Part shown: piece after piece, positions 26,144 to 38,508 of the stretch
Numbering within the stretch: position 1 is the first letter of the stretch
Layout of the letters: each line of letters starts with the position of its first letter
Source of the DNA: Ruditapes philippinarum
Taxonomy: Eukaryota
DNA: 60,307 nt
Direction of reading: 5' to 3'
Assembly: GCF_026571515.1 (NCBI RefSeq)
Contig: NW_026851983.1
Coordinates: 1-60,307 of the forward strand
The notes under the pieces: generated by a model
The model's input: the letters and a program-made list of their open reading frames with translations, nothing else
What the model was told of the DNA's origin: nothing
Databases searched by the model: none
Program-made: the position numbers and the translations under genes

Positions 26144-26468
26144 AATAAGTGTAGGTTCAACACTAAATTTATTGAATGAGTTGAATAAAATTATATTATG
26201 CGAGCCTCAGGCGAGGAAAATATTATTTTATTCAACGAGTTCAATAAATTCAGTAATGAACCTATCTATATAATTTTTTTTATCACATACCCTAAAATTT
26301 ATAGTTATAGTGCAAAAGAATGATTGTTCATTGACGCACCCGCTAATATTACGTGCGTTTTAATAACGCTTTGCTTATATAACGCAAATGGCGTCACGTC
26401 AAAATATATGCACAGCCGTGCAATACCGTTTTTACAGAGTCGCAAAAGCGGCACGGGTATGTGATAAA
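26144..26468 (-). mobile_element. H1 element, inverted copy
   Basis: Reverse-complement homology to 25351-25701. Confidence 0.75.
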
Positions 26469-28438
26469 TCATATCAATAATGACATTTTAATATCATATT
26501 GTATTTAACATATTAACTATGTAAAGAGATTATCAGTGTATACTTATATATTAATCCTATCAACTTTCTGTAGTATTTAATCAGTGACCGGGTTCAGGTC
26601 TACGCTAAATAATCCCTTATTTCAGATGTAGAACAGACTTTACTCCAAGCGACGATAAGTCGACTAAGTAAAATTGCCGACTGAATAAATTTTGTACTGA
26701 AAGACAATTGTCTTAATTTGATATATTTAAGTAAATGCATAAAGTTATTTTTATTTTCTTCTCCGAGAGAGAGGTGTAAACGTATCTGTTTCTTAACTTT
26801 AAGAATCGCTAGTTCGAACTCTTCTTGGGTAACGGCCATGTTTCACTTATTTACTATGATATTCCTGCTAGATTTATATATTAAATTATCTGGAAATAGA
26901 TCTATTCCTTTGCTATTATTCTTCGCCTGTTGCTATATAATATCTTTGGATATTTAGAACTTGAAACGCTTCGGACGCTTTGTTAAATTGTTCCGCCGCA
27001 TAATTTAGTGATATTTTAGGATGACTTTTAGCCGCTACATAAATAGTGTAACTTTAAACGTTCAAATCGATATAAATATTAACATGCCCTTTTCAGGAAA
27101 CCGATAAAAATCAATCACTTTATTGACTGTATCTACAATACTTGATCATTGTATAAATGTATATTCAATTTGGCACTATCGGCCCTATTTAACATTACAA
27201 TAGATTTTAAATTACAAGTATCGGCTAATATAAATTGTAAGGTATCAAGTTGACTAGCTAAAGTGCATTTTATTCTTCGCGGATTGTGCTTGTTTTGTTT
27301 CGTATACATGTGTTGAATTAAACGCTCGATTCTATCCTCTCTCTGTCAAAAACAGTATGCGAGACATGTGGAATAAAGGAATACATTAACAGTCTTTATA
27401 TGCACAAAACCAGGGTGTCAGGTAGGAATAAGTTGCTTAATGTGTAATAAAAAAGAAAAGACTGTGTTCGATGGGGGAAAAGATAATTTTCTATATTTTT
27501 GCTTTGAAGTAATCATAGCACACCTGACATAAAAAACATAAGAGCGGAAATACCAGGACAAAAATTACAGATTTATGGTTTCCTATTTTTTCATGGCTAT
27601 TACGAGGGAATTTACATTATACTTTGTGTTAAAGTAGTTAATGTTTAAATATTATATGCTTTATGCAAATTACATAATGTTTTGATGATTTGGGATAGGA
27701 TAAGATAAGATATGATAAGATAACGATCGTAGTTAAACAACTGATAAGAAAAGACAGGAAACATTACTGTCAACTTATATGCAGAATGCTTAAGATTTAT
27801 TCACATTCTGACAAAACATTTTATTACAATTGCGATCTTAAATTTTCAATGGTGATTTTTTTAAAGTCTTACAGACTAAAGCGCCACCTGTACTCAGTTT
27901 TATCACATCTTAGACATCGTGATGAGATAACAGGATAGATAAATATCGACTTTTTCACTGTAGATCTTAACTTATAAAGATAAACACCGACCTTTAAACC
28001 CGTTATCCTATTTGTCAATAATATTTCTATGGTCCCAAACAAAACCAGAGCCCAAATTATTGCAAAATTACATTAACCACATTAAATATCCCAAACCCAT
28101 TACAATGGTATATAGATATTATATTGAAATATTTTTGTTCGCTGTAGTGTATTAGTAATAGAATATATTATAAAGCCATAAACAAATGAGATTTAATCTT
28201 TAATGCATGCATTTATGTCTACAAAAAGGGATTTATCTTATCGCACGAAATTGTCGAACTTTAAATTAATAAACGTCTGAGATTTGAAACAGATAAAAAC
28301 AGTTCAACATTTGAGGAAAAAAAATCATGATTAAAGATACAGTTTAAAATAGTTTGACTTTATGTTCATCTATACCAATAAACCTTGAACAAAATCTATA
28401 AAACGGTTAACCTCTGTTATTATCCATCTACTTTTCAG

Positions 28439-28503
28439 CTGCGGGGACAAGTTTTTACAGTTGTGATTTAATGGTGAAAGATCGGATCTTTAATACAAAA
28501 ATG
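28439..28503 (+). other. candidate upstream (5'UTR/uORF) exon, possibly of the 35021 gene
   Basis: cttttcAG|...aaaATG|GTAAGT strong splice sites; a further donor ttg|GTAAGT at 29317 follows an ETS-like cttccg. Confidence 0.35.
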
Positions 28504-30458
28504 GTAAGTATTTTTAGCTTGGTTAACTGCTGTTTATTATTTGTTATAGTATTGTTACGGTAACTAAATGCAGCATTTGTATTCAGTCTGAATTATTTAA
28601 GTTTAATTTGCACCATTGAGCTTTACCCGTAAGGGAAAATTCACGGTATAAATAGGATAGGAAAGGTTTATATTTTCCTGTCAGCACATGTGGAAATCTT
28701 GTCCTATCTCCGGAAGTTACTTTTAAATTTACTTTGCTACCTCTCCCAGTCTGAATCACAATGTTTTTTTAGTCTTGATTTCAAAGCATTTTTTAATATC
28801 TGACCTAGAACAATGGAGTCGTATCCTGTAAGTACTGTCAATGACTAGCAACATATCACCACTCAGTGCAGTTTAAATCCCATAATTGCGGCCAGAGATT
28901 GCAAACTTCTTGATTTTTGTTCAGTAGCATTCTTCGGATTTTCCTCTCCTCAATTTTTCTTAAAATTCACATCCACGTCAAAGACAAAGTAATTCAGAGC
29001 ACAATGAACTTGTTCAGATGAGATATCATTAAGGAAGTTGTAGACAATTTAGCATCTTTATATCGTCCTAACATTTTTCAATTACATACATCAATAAAGA
29101 CACTCTTGAACGGCACGATTTAAACGATATTGTTTCCGTATATCAAATGTTTGATAAAAAAAAATGTAATATAACCCTCAACTTGAAGACTTAGTTTATC
29201 TGTATCACTTTAAAACTTGTTAGATGTTGAAGTCAACGGCAAGTAAATATACTCAAGATAAGAGTACTCTGTCTTTGATAACAGCGCAAAGTAACTTCCG
29301 TCTGCTGATCTCATTGGTAAGTTCGCGATTTATTTACGGACACAGGACTCAGTTCTATGAGATATCTGCTATTTTTTAAGGGTTTCCGGGAGTTAAGCAT
29401 TGTAAAAATTTATAACTGAAATTTCGTTTCTTGGGCAGATAATAAAAAGCAGTGGTTTCAAGTAGTCATTTTCGTTTAAACCAATCGCAACTTTTTGGGC
29501 CTTTCCTTATGTTGACGTTTATAATGCGGCCTTTTAGCATGTCGCAGTTGGATGTATACGTAATAACTGCGTGTCGCAAATGTTACTTTCCTGTCATAAT
29601 TAATATATTATGTAAACTGCGTGTCTTAATTTAAATACAAAATTTGTAGATCTACCATATCCAAATAAACCGGTTTTTTTCCCTTATTTTTCTTATCGAT
29701 ACGTTGTACAGTGTTTAAACATTACATGTATGTGATTTACCTTTTTAGAAAAATATCAATTCATAATTTTTCAAATGACATGCTGCACTTTTGACCTGAA
29801 TCATTTATGCATTTTATAGAAACCAGACTTGCTTATTTTACAAGCATTCAAAGCTATCTAAACAAACTAGCTTTGAAGTGCTTTTCAAGTTTACAAACCC
29901 ATTTAAATTGAAACACTTATCAAAATAATGGCTAAATATCGGTTAAACATAATGTTATTTTCATATTACTTACACATAAAAGAATACTAAAATCTAGACC
30001 TACCCATTGTAAAGTTTACAAAGTGACGATAAATCTGTCTGTATATATTTGGTCAACAATTTATCTCTTTACTCGGCATTTAATTATTTCATATTTATAT
30101 ATATGTTATTTCCTTTCCTTTATATATCAAATTTTAAAGTGCTTATTAGATTAACCACATACGTATGTTTACATGTAAAACATAAAGAAATACATACATG
30201 AACATTATAAAATAAGAAATTTGCGAGTTTTGATACTGCACGGCTTCAAACAGCAGACGTTACATACACAAATGTAAATGAATGTATCACTTCCTTAAAA
30301 AAAGAACAAAAAAACAACAATAAAATTAATTTAAAACAAATGATTAAACGAGCATACAAGAAATTTGCATGGAAGAACTACGCAAATGTGTCGTTTTGAT
30401 ATTTTTGTTAAGAAGCAAACAACAAACGACAATGGATCGTTTCAGTTAAGAGTTTATA

Positions 30459-30695
30459 TGAGCCGCGTCACGACAAAACCAACATAGTGTGTTTGCGACC
30501 AGCATGGATCCAGACCAGCCTGCTCATCCGCGCAGTCTGATCAGGATCCATGCTGTTCGCTTACCAACCCTATTACAAGTAGAGAAACTGATAGCGAACA
30601 GCATGGATCCTGATCAGACTGCGCTGATCGGCAGGCTGGTCTGGATCCATGCTGGTCGCAAATCAATTATGTTGGTTTTGTCGTGACGCGGCTCA
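30459..30695. mobile_element. palindromic MITE family M1, full length (237 bp)
   Basis: Long TIRs tgagccgcgtcacgacaaaaccaac...gttggttttgtcgtgacgcggctca. Confidence 0.92.
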
Positions 30696-31530
30696 TATGT
30701 TGTTGAATTCATTTTTATATAATTATGATTGTTGTTGTTGTAGTTGTTTCTTCTTTTTTTATACTTTTTTTAACAACGGTCATTAAATTGCTTACGTGTG
30801 AACGAGATTTTAATAATCACTCAACACGTGTGAAATCTATAATATCATTTAGATATTTAATAACTCTAGTCATAATATTTTTAGACAAATTTAACAATTT
30901 TATTATATTCTCAACGCTAGACCTATTTCATTTTCAATAATTCAATAGTGGCTCAAGAACTCATGTTTTTTATCCTTAAAAGCTGTTATTACAAAGATCT
31001 TTTTTCTGTAATGGTTAACATTTTTAATTCAATGACGGATTAACAAGTTTAAATACTATGTTTATATTTAGGATAGATCTATTACCGAATTTACATAAGT
31101 TTCAATCAAAGTTCACACCGCATAGGGATCAAGATAAGCGTCCGTCTCAATCAATTGCTCAAAAAATATAAATACAGTCGAGATATGGTAATAGGCATAT
31201 TCATGGATATCATAAAAAGGTATATATCTATATATACATCAGCAAGCTTAAAGTCTGCCTATTAAATCACAAGTTGTCATTAATCTTTATCCAGGAAAAA
31301 GTGTTGCCGATTTTTTTGTACAAGCTTTTTACTACATGATGCTTGTAGATGATTAGATAAGATAATAAAAACGATCAATCAAAGTTCTTTCATGAAGCAC
31401 TGCCAAAGCCAAGTAAAGAACAGTTTTATTAGTTATAGAAGTATCAGTACAGAAGTAATTGCAAACAAACTGTCCGAAAAGTCTTGTACTTGGTAAACCT
31501 AGCGTTTTAGGGGCTCAAATAACCATAAGT

Positions 31531-31705
31531 GGCGGTATGGCCGAGTGGCTAATGTGTCGAACTATTAATCTAAGATCGCTTACCTCGTGGGTGTGGCAAG
31601 CCTCTGTTTCCTTGAGCAAGAAACTTTTCACTCATTGCTCATTACTACTGGAACCTACCAGGAACGGACTATAAGCTTATAGCTTCATACTTAATCAAAC
31701 TTAAA
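31531..31705 (+). mobile_element. tRNA-derived CORE-like SINE
   Basis: tRNA-like head ggcggtatggccgagtggctaa (A box) and CORE-like tccttgagcaagaaacttttcactcattgct. Confidence 0.7.
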
Positions 31706-32580
31706 CAGAAAAACCTAAGATCGCACGATCAACCTATAACATATAAAGGTAATATTTGTATGTATGCTGTAATGTTTTTTAAGTCCTTTAGTTATCAAAG
31801 CATAACTTAGTTAAACTATGTTAGATAACTAGGTTTATCAAAGACGCGAATGAAAACAGTGAATTGATGTTGCGAATAAGATAAGCGTTGAAAAGAATCT
31901 CAAGTCTTCTGATATACAATTATTTTATTTTTAATTAAGAATAGTATCAATGATAATTGTAGGTTAACCTTTGTTTGAATCTTCTAATTAAACACGGTCA
32001 CGATATATGGCTATGGTGATACCGGAATCCGGTGACAAATTGAATACTTTCACGTACTCGTATAGAACAGTTGCTTTAAATATATACCTTTCTACTTGTT
32101 CATACAACTTGTTAAGTTCGTGGCTATTGATCTATTAGTAAAAATATTGTGGCTATCTCTTATCTATCCCTAAGTCAATGATCTATCTCTATATGCCGTA
32201 TATATAAACCATTCTCATCTTGTTCCCTCTATCATACTCACTATATGGAAGACACTGTTAGTTGTCATTAATTTTAACTGTATCTTTAATGCAAGTAAAT
32301 TTGATTGAAATAAATCAGGGAATACTTTTGGATTGTTAGAGCAAAAAGGTAAAAAAGTTAAGTATGACAAAATGTTAATATTATCTATTTGATGCATTCT
32401 ATATTTTTATTGTACCAACGTAGTTTGATATTATAATATTTAAGCAGCTAGGAAAATAGTTCGAAATTCTAGAATGCGAATATATTGCGAGTGAGGTGGG
32501 GGTGTGGGTAGAAGTTTGTGTGTAGTAGTCGGGGTGCGGGAGCCGTGACGGTGCCAGTGCTGTAGCATTGTCGATGTAAT

Positions 32581-32645
32581 TAGTTAAATACTACATAACT
32601 TAAGTTAAATACTACATAACTTAAGTTAAATACTACATAACTTAA
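32581..32645. repeat. 21-bp tandem repeat x3
   Basis: (taagttaaatactacataact)3. Confidence 0.9.
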
Positions 32646-33346
32646 CACTTCTTTAAATAATTGTTTTAAGAATGTATACATTGCATGACGTAAGTTTTCT
32701 AAATATTGTGATGAAGTCAAAATATATCATTGAGATGATTTTTTTTATTTCTAATACCGATGTAGTCGTCAAATTTCTCAAAACTGTCAACAAAATTGGG
32801 TAATTTCATGTGTGATTTGTCTTACAATAGAACCGTATGCGTGAGAAAGGTCGGTATAAAATATAAAGTTCATGATGTATATGAAGAAAGGAATTTTGAC
32901 GGAATTATAATGAAGCTAAATAAGTCGGAGTTTTAATTCCACTAATTCTCTAAATCCGATCGTAAATACATTACAAGATTATGAAGCTTTCTTTGAAACT
33001 AAGGTCCACTTATCGTAATATTTCATAGAGATAGGGTGTCAGAAATTCAGTAAGATACTCAACAGGGGGAAAAGGTCAATATACCAAAGTAATTATCATA
33101 GTACATATGGAACGGTCAGATTATAGAATTTTTTCTTATATAATATAAATTTCATCGAGTTCAAAGAGAGTAAATCGAGCGCAAACTGACTAATATTAAT
33201 AAGAGTCCGAGCTATGACTTATTGTCATTTTGTTGGAGTTCCGCTAATTTGAACCTTTTCAAAACAAAGTAAATACTTTTAACCGTTATTAAAACTACGA
33301 CAACTCCTTTTTATTTAAGCTTACCAGTTAGATACCGGGTTTAATC

Positions 33347-33790
33347 TGTGTGATAAAATCCATATCACCCACAGTGTATTTAACCACAGATTAACCACTG
33401 TGTGGGTCATGTAGCTCTGTCCAACTATTTTCATGTGCAAGTTTTTTATGTTTCCGTAATTTTGTTAATTAACATTAAAGCTTACTGTTGCGTTTTGTTT
33501 TAAATAGCATATTTCTCGATTCAAATATCATTATTTCTCTAAAATTGTTAACAATTTATCAGCAAAATGGACTAATAACATGAATCAATTTTTCTTTGAG
33601 CAGCGTTCGCGTAGCCGTTGAAAGTCTGACTTTATTTTTTACGTGTGTCTTTTCCCGCGCTACAGCATTATACATATTATAAGGCATAAAATAAAAAGAA
33701 AATTTGCTGGTTTTGAGTGAATATGATATACATGTATATCACACAACGAAGTGAGAAAAATATCCACCTTTTCACTCGCGCTAACCCGCC
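33347..33790 (+). mobile_element. H2 element, internally deleted copy
   Basis: Homologous to 19433-20806. Confidence 0.55.
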
Positions 33791-34386
33791 ACTCCCGCAA
33801 CCTACAGACACAAGCCCTATCGTTCCCGCCACCACTATCATCATCATCAAATGATAATTTTAACTAAAGCCTTAAATTAGATTGCACTATTTACAAAAAT
33901 ACAAATTTGACTGACACTGAAATTAAAAGATGGAAAATTGTAAGATTGTTACTTGAATGATTTACGCTGATATTCTATATTTATGTGGGAAAAAAATAAT
34001 GTATTATTATTATAATTTTGACTGTAATTACCGTTTTAAGTCATGTCGATACAAAACGGCAACCGTAAAAAAATCACTTTAAAGAAAAAAAAGTTGTATA
34101 AACTTGTATCAGATCCATACCGTGTGAAATGCACTTTGTATATCGCTTAAAGTATTTCATTGGCACATTACAAGTTACTTTGATCTTCATCCAACAATCA
34201 CATTTAATACATCAAATTGTAAGTCAGGGAATTTAAATGCAATGTCACGTAAGAACAAATTAACAAGAGCATGGACCAAGCTGAACTAAATACCAAATTT
34301 CCGTGTCATTCTGGTAGTTAGAAATTATCCATTGAATGGTTGTTAATTGCTAATAAAAAGAAAAGAAAAAAAAAGAAAACATAATT

Positions 34387-34558
34387 TGAGCCGCACCATG
34401 ACAAAACCAACACAATGCGTTTGCGACCAGCATGGATCCAGACCAGCCTGCGCATCCGCGCAGTCTGATCAGGATCCATGCTGTTCGCTTACAGACCCTA
34501 TAACAAGTAGAGAAACTAATAGTGAACAGCATGGATCCTGATCAGACTGCGTGGATGC
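34387..34558. mobile_element. MITE family M1, 3'-truncated
   Basis: Left arm plus centre of the 237-bp element. Confidence 0.85.
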
Positions 34559-35020
34559 AACACCAAATGTATGAAAGAAATATGTTGGCATATAAATTTC
34601 CTTATGAGCGAATGACGCATGCACAGAATCATGGCTTAACAGTTAAAAACCCTCTAAAGTAGTGTTCCTGAACATTTTATTCTGATTACATACATTTTTC
34701 ATCTGTGTTAAATAGAAGAGACAAGTTTCAAATCTTTCGATACTTTACCATAAGGATAACAATAAAATTTTACCATTTATAAATTTTACAGGAAAAAAAA
34801 TCATTAAATACAGCGTTTTACCCCTAAAATCTAAATGTTGCTTTCTGTAACGAATGTTCAGAAAATGTACAACAGTCCATGTACTATATTGTAACCGGGC
34901 GCCGGATACAGTACATATACATGTACAGTTATCATTAATACTACTCTGTTAACAAGATGCTGTCTATTCTATTGCTATAATATATATACCATATTTATTT
35001 GCAGGATTTCGAACTCAAGG

Positions 35021-36376
35021 ATGAGCGAGCACTGTGCTCTACCGCCACTGTCAAGGAATGACAGCTTTATTGCACCAAAATCTAGAAGAAACAGTAGACG
35101 AGGGTCTATTAGACAGAAAGATAATCAGGACAATACACCAGTAACGCGATTCAAAGAACTCGTAAGCGAGGACGTGTACCTGATGGATAACAAGACAAGG
35201 AAGATTAACACTAATCTGCTGGCTAACAGCTTAACAGCGCGTCTGCGTAGAAATCTACCAGATGGTACTGTTGAAAATGAAACCATTCAGAAATTAAGAC
35301 GTGATTCTTTAAAAGATTTTGTTCACCTTGACAATTTAGAGAAGCAATATGCAAGTGAACTTAGTCGAGAATCAAGCAGATTGGATAAGGAATCACTACA
35401 AGTATTGAAGCGTCAAAAACAAATGCAAAGACAGAGTGAAGTTCAAAAGCGGAAACTAGATAGATTAGAATCGTCTATGAGATCTAGATCAGGCTTGAGC
35501 TCAGCTTCTTTGTTCCCACTTATCATGACCAACGGTACCGATAGTGTGGAGCAAGAAACGGAAACATTTCCACAATTCGCGTCCGTGGATAAAGATGACC
35601 AGTCACACGTTAAAGTTTTCAAACTAAATGGAATATATCAGCCGACAAATAAATACTCTAGTCGTATAGAACCTTTAGACATATCCCCAAGAGATAAACC
35701 AGCAATTAAAGAAAACAACATACAGGAGTCGTTGAAACTAGCAGACACCGGAAGTCCCTCAGACTTATCGCCAAAATCAAGAATGAGTAAGAAAGGCTTG
35801 CGAGTTTCGTGGAGTAGACAAAGTAAATATTACCCAGATGGTAGAAGTGAAGTAGACAATATTAGATCACCATCCGTCGCAGACACGCGCGCAGATACGC
35901 GCATGTCTCAATATGACGTGCGTTCTGACGCCAATAGTCCAGATCGTGAAAAAGCAAATAAAACACCAACAAAACGAACATTTAACAGCCGTTTAAGTTT
36001 TCGAAGTGACACGTTTTTGCTTCAGAGTAAATTAAGACCGAAGGGACGTCGAAAAATTGAAACAATTGGTCTGAAATGGAAAATACCTCCTGGTGTTGAT
36101 GCCCATCAAATCATCGAAGAGGCACCACCACGTCCAACAGTAAAGGCGGGAACACAACGTTTGTCTCATAACCTTATGCCAGTAACGACTGCTTTAGCAA
36201 AGGAAGGAATGTCAACAAAGAAAACGTGCTGGCAGGTGAAGAAAGTTCAATCACTGTCAACTATAGAGATGTATAAAGCATGGCTAGAAAAGTTAGAAAT
36301 GTTGAAAAACAACGAGTCTCGGGACAGAACAAGAAATTTACATAGTAGAGCTACTGTTATGACGCAACCAGTTTGA
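35021..36376 (+). CDS. uncharacterised 451-aa basic Ser/Arg-rich protein with coiled-coil segment; CDS in one exon
   Basis: Long ORF; splice acceptor ttatttgcAG at 35003-35004 lies 16 nt upstream of the ATG, implying spliced 5' exon(s). Confidence 0.85.
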   Translation: MSEHCALPPLSRNDSFIAPKSRRNSRRGSIRQKDNQDNTPVTRFKELVSEDVYLMDNKTRKINTNLLANSLTARLRRNLPDGTVENETIQKLRRDSLKDFVHLDNLEKQYASELSRESSRLDKESLQVLKRQKQMQRQSEVQKRKLDRLESSMRSRSGLSSASLFPLIMTNGTDSVEQETETFPQFASVDKDDQSHVKVFKLNGIYQPTNKYSSRIEPLDISPRDKPAIKENNIQESLKLADTGSPSDLSPKSRMSKKGLRVSWSRQSKYYPDGRSEVDNIRSPSVADTRADTRMSQYDVRSDANSPDREKANKTPTKRTFNSRLSFRSDTFLLQSKLRPKGRRKIETIGLKWKIPPGVDAHQIIEEAPPRPTVKAGTQRLSHNLMPVTTALAKEGMSTKKTCWQVKKVQSLSTIEMYKAWLEKLEMLKNNESRDRTRNLHSRATVMTQPV

Positions 36377-36685
36377 TGAATATGTCTCTTCTAGTACACC
36401 ATATATTTTTAACTATGTTTACCGTAGCATTATAAAAAATACATGTAAGATGTCATAACAGCTAACTGTTTCTCTAGAGGATTGTATATGAAAGTGTTAA
36501 CTCAGAAAACTAAGTACATGCATCCTAAACAAGTGGTATGATTGAGATCGTGTGGTTTTTGACGAACATGTAAATCAACAAATGTTTTCTATTTCAAATT
36601 CTTTGCTAATGTCTTCCAATAAAACATACGTATAACCGGTTCCGATGCAGACCATTTGACTAATTTACATAACGAAGTTAAAATG

Positions 36686-36728
36686 GAGAGAAATAAGAAT
36701 CCCTCAAGAAAGCCCAACACGGCAAAGG
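36686..36728 (+). other. left-end fragment of the structured dispersed element
   Basis: gagagaaataagaatccctcaagaaagcccaacacggcaaa matches 56819-56861; absent from the paralogous site at ~42073. Confidence 0.7.
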
Positions 36729-37462
36729 CTGTTTTAGATTTTGGACTGAACAAAACAATTTCCAGATTCATGCTTTTGATAGAAAGATGTGTTGTGAATA
36801 GTTTTAGCTGATCACAGAATACAATTAACTCATAAGATTGAATCTGTTTTGCGTGAACGCATAAAGTTCCAGCGTTATTTGAGACAGCAAAGTAGTATTT
36901 GAGTGTACGAATTGCGACTTGTATTTACTATGATTATTTCAAAACTTTAATATCTAAATGTGTTTGATAGCAAAAACAATAATTACGTTATTGTTTGAAA
37001 AACAATATATGTAAGTTATATGTGATTATATTTGTGTATGTATAAATGCTGGTATTTTGGTATGTTTACTCTTAAATATGTTGCAATACATGATCTAACA
37101 GTGCTCATATGTCAACTTATTTTTATCTATTTATAAAGGTAAATGGCATTTACAACTTAAAGATACAAATAAATGTGCTTTAACTTAATAAAAAAATGCG
37201 ACACAAAAATACATGTAACTGATATACACCATTTATTAAATAATATTATAATTTTATAGAATAATATACTAGAAATAATTGCTGAATATATATAAAGAAA
37301 GCAAGGGGTCATGTTTGATGCAAATATGTGTCTATAGCTTTGATGAAATTTACCCTGTAATAACGCTTGGATTGTACAGCCATAACTTAATAGCAATTTG
37401 TGAAAATATGTGAAACAAGTACCATCACAAAAATAATCTTGTGTGGAAATTTAAGAACTATT

Positions 37463-37699
37463 TGAGCCGCGTCACGACAAAACCAACATAGTAGGTTTGC
37501 GACCAGCATGGATCCAGACCAGCCTGCGCATCCGCGCAGTCTGATCAGGATCCATGCTGTTCGCTTACAAACCCTATAACAAGTAGAGAAACTGATAGCG
37601 AACAGCATGGATCCTGATCAGACTGCGCGGATGCGCAGGCTGGTCTGGATCCATGCTGGTCGCAAACCTATTATGTTGGTTTTGTCGTGACGCGGCTCA
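37463..37699. mobile_element. MITE family M1, full length (237 bp)
   Basis: Near-perfect palindrome, very similar to 30459-30695. Confidence 0.92.
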
Positions 37700-38469
37700 T
37701 TTTTTCATTAGCTTTTTACTTTACTGAATACTTACAACGTATGGATTATTTTCTGCATTCATTAAAGCTGCAGAAAATCAACATTAAGGATATGTACATG
37801 TACTTAGATTTTAAGGCAAGTACAGGTAATAATTTACATGTTAATTACATTATATGAAAAATATTTGATCACATGGCTGGGTCAACAACAGTTTCGCCTA
37901 CTATTGACCTGAATCATCTTAAAACAAATATTGTGAAAGATTCATTTTTTTTAAATCTCAGTTAACTAGGGTCAACATCTTGCAGAACTCAAAACATTTT
38001 GATACCAAGGAGAGGTCCATATCAAAGTTCTTATCGAAAGACAAAATAACGAAATAACCTGTTTTAATCTTAATTAAAACTGCAAACTGAAACCATTTGA
38101 TTTTCAATGGATTTGTCAGTAATGCAAGGGGATTGCACACCTTTTTCAATAAATAGTGTCTTTACATTTTATTGCAATGTTTTGTTCTAAACTGGTAGTG
38201 TTTAAGATATCTTTAAGAAATGAGCAGTGGGGAAATATACATCAAAATTGTCCAAAACTGGAATTCACTGTAATGACCAACCTAGGCTATTAGTCGGTTT
38301 AATAAGTTCTCTCACACCGTATCAAAGACTTGACACGCGTCAGACAGAAATATTACAAAATGTTAACAAGCCTGATCGTCAACATTATAAAAACTGTAGG
38401 TTAAAGCCATATTTAGGAGCGCCCTATAAACTTTTCCGCACGTCCTTATCTCACAACTATTTGCATCAT

Positions 38470-38478
38470 TATAAAAAG
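38470..38478 (+). promoter_or_regulatory. TATA box of C1qDC gene A1 (conserved in A2, A3)
   Basis: TATAAAAAG 39 nt before aaacATG; the same spacing is seen in the paralogs. Confidence 0.55.
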
Positions 38479-38508
38479 CCGTCGGATTTTAATGAAAGCG
38501 ACTTAAAC

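Noticed and set aside
30489-30686. Short ORFs with MDPDQPAHPRSLIRIH motifs (also 18148, 34347, 37387)
   Set aside because: They lie entirely within the palindromic MITE M1.
38227-38508. N-terminal extension of the A1 ORF (and of the 44298 and 57058 ORFs)
   Set aside because: It runs through promoter sequence. The conserved aaacATG preceding the signal peptide is the likely start.
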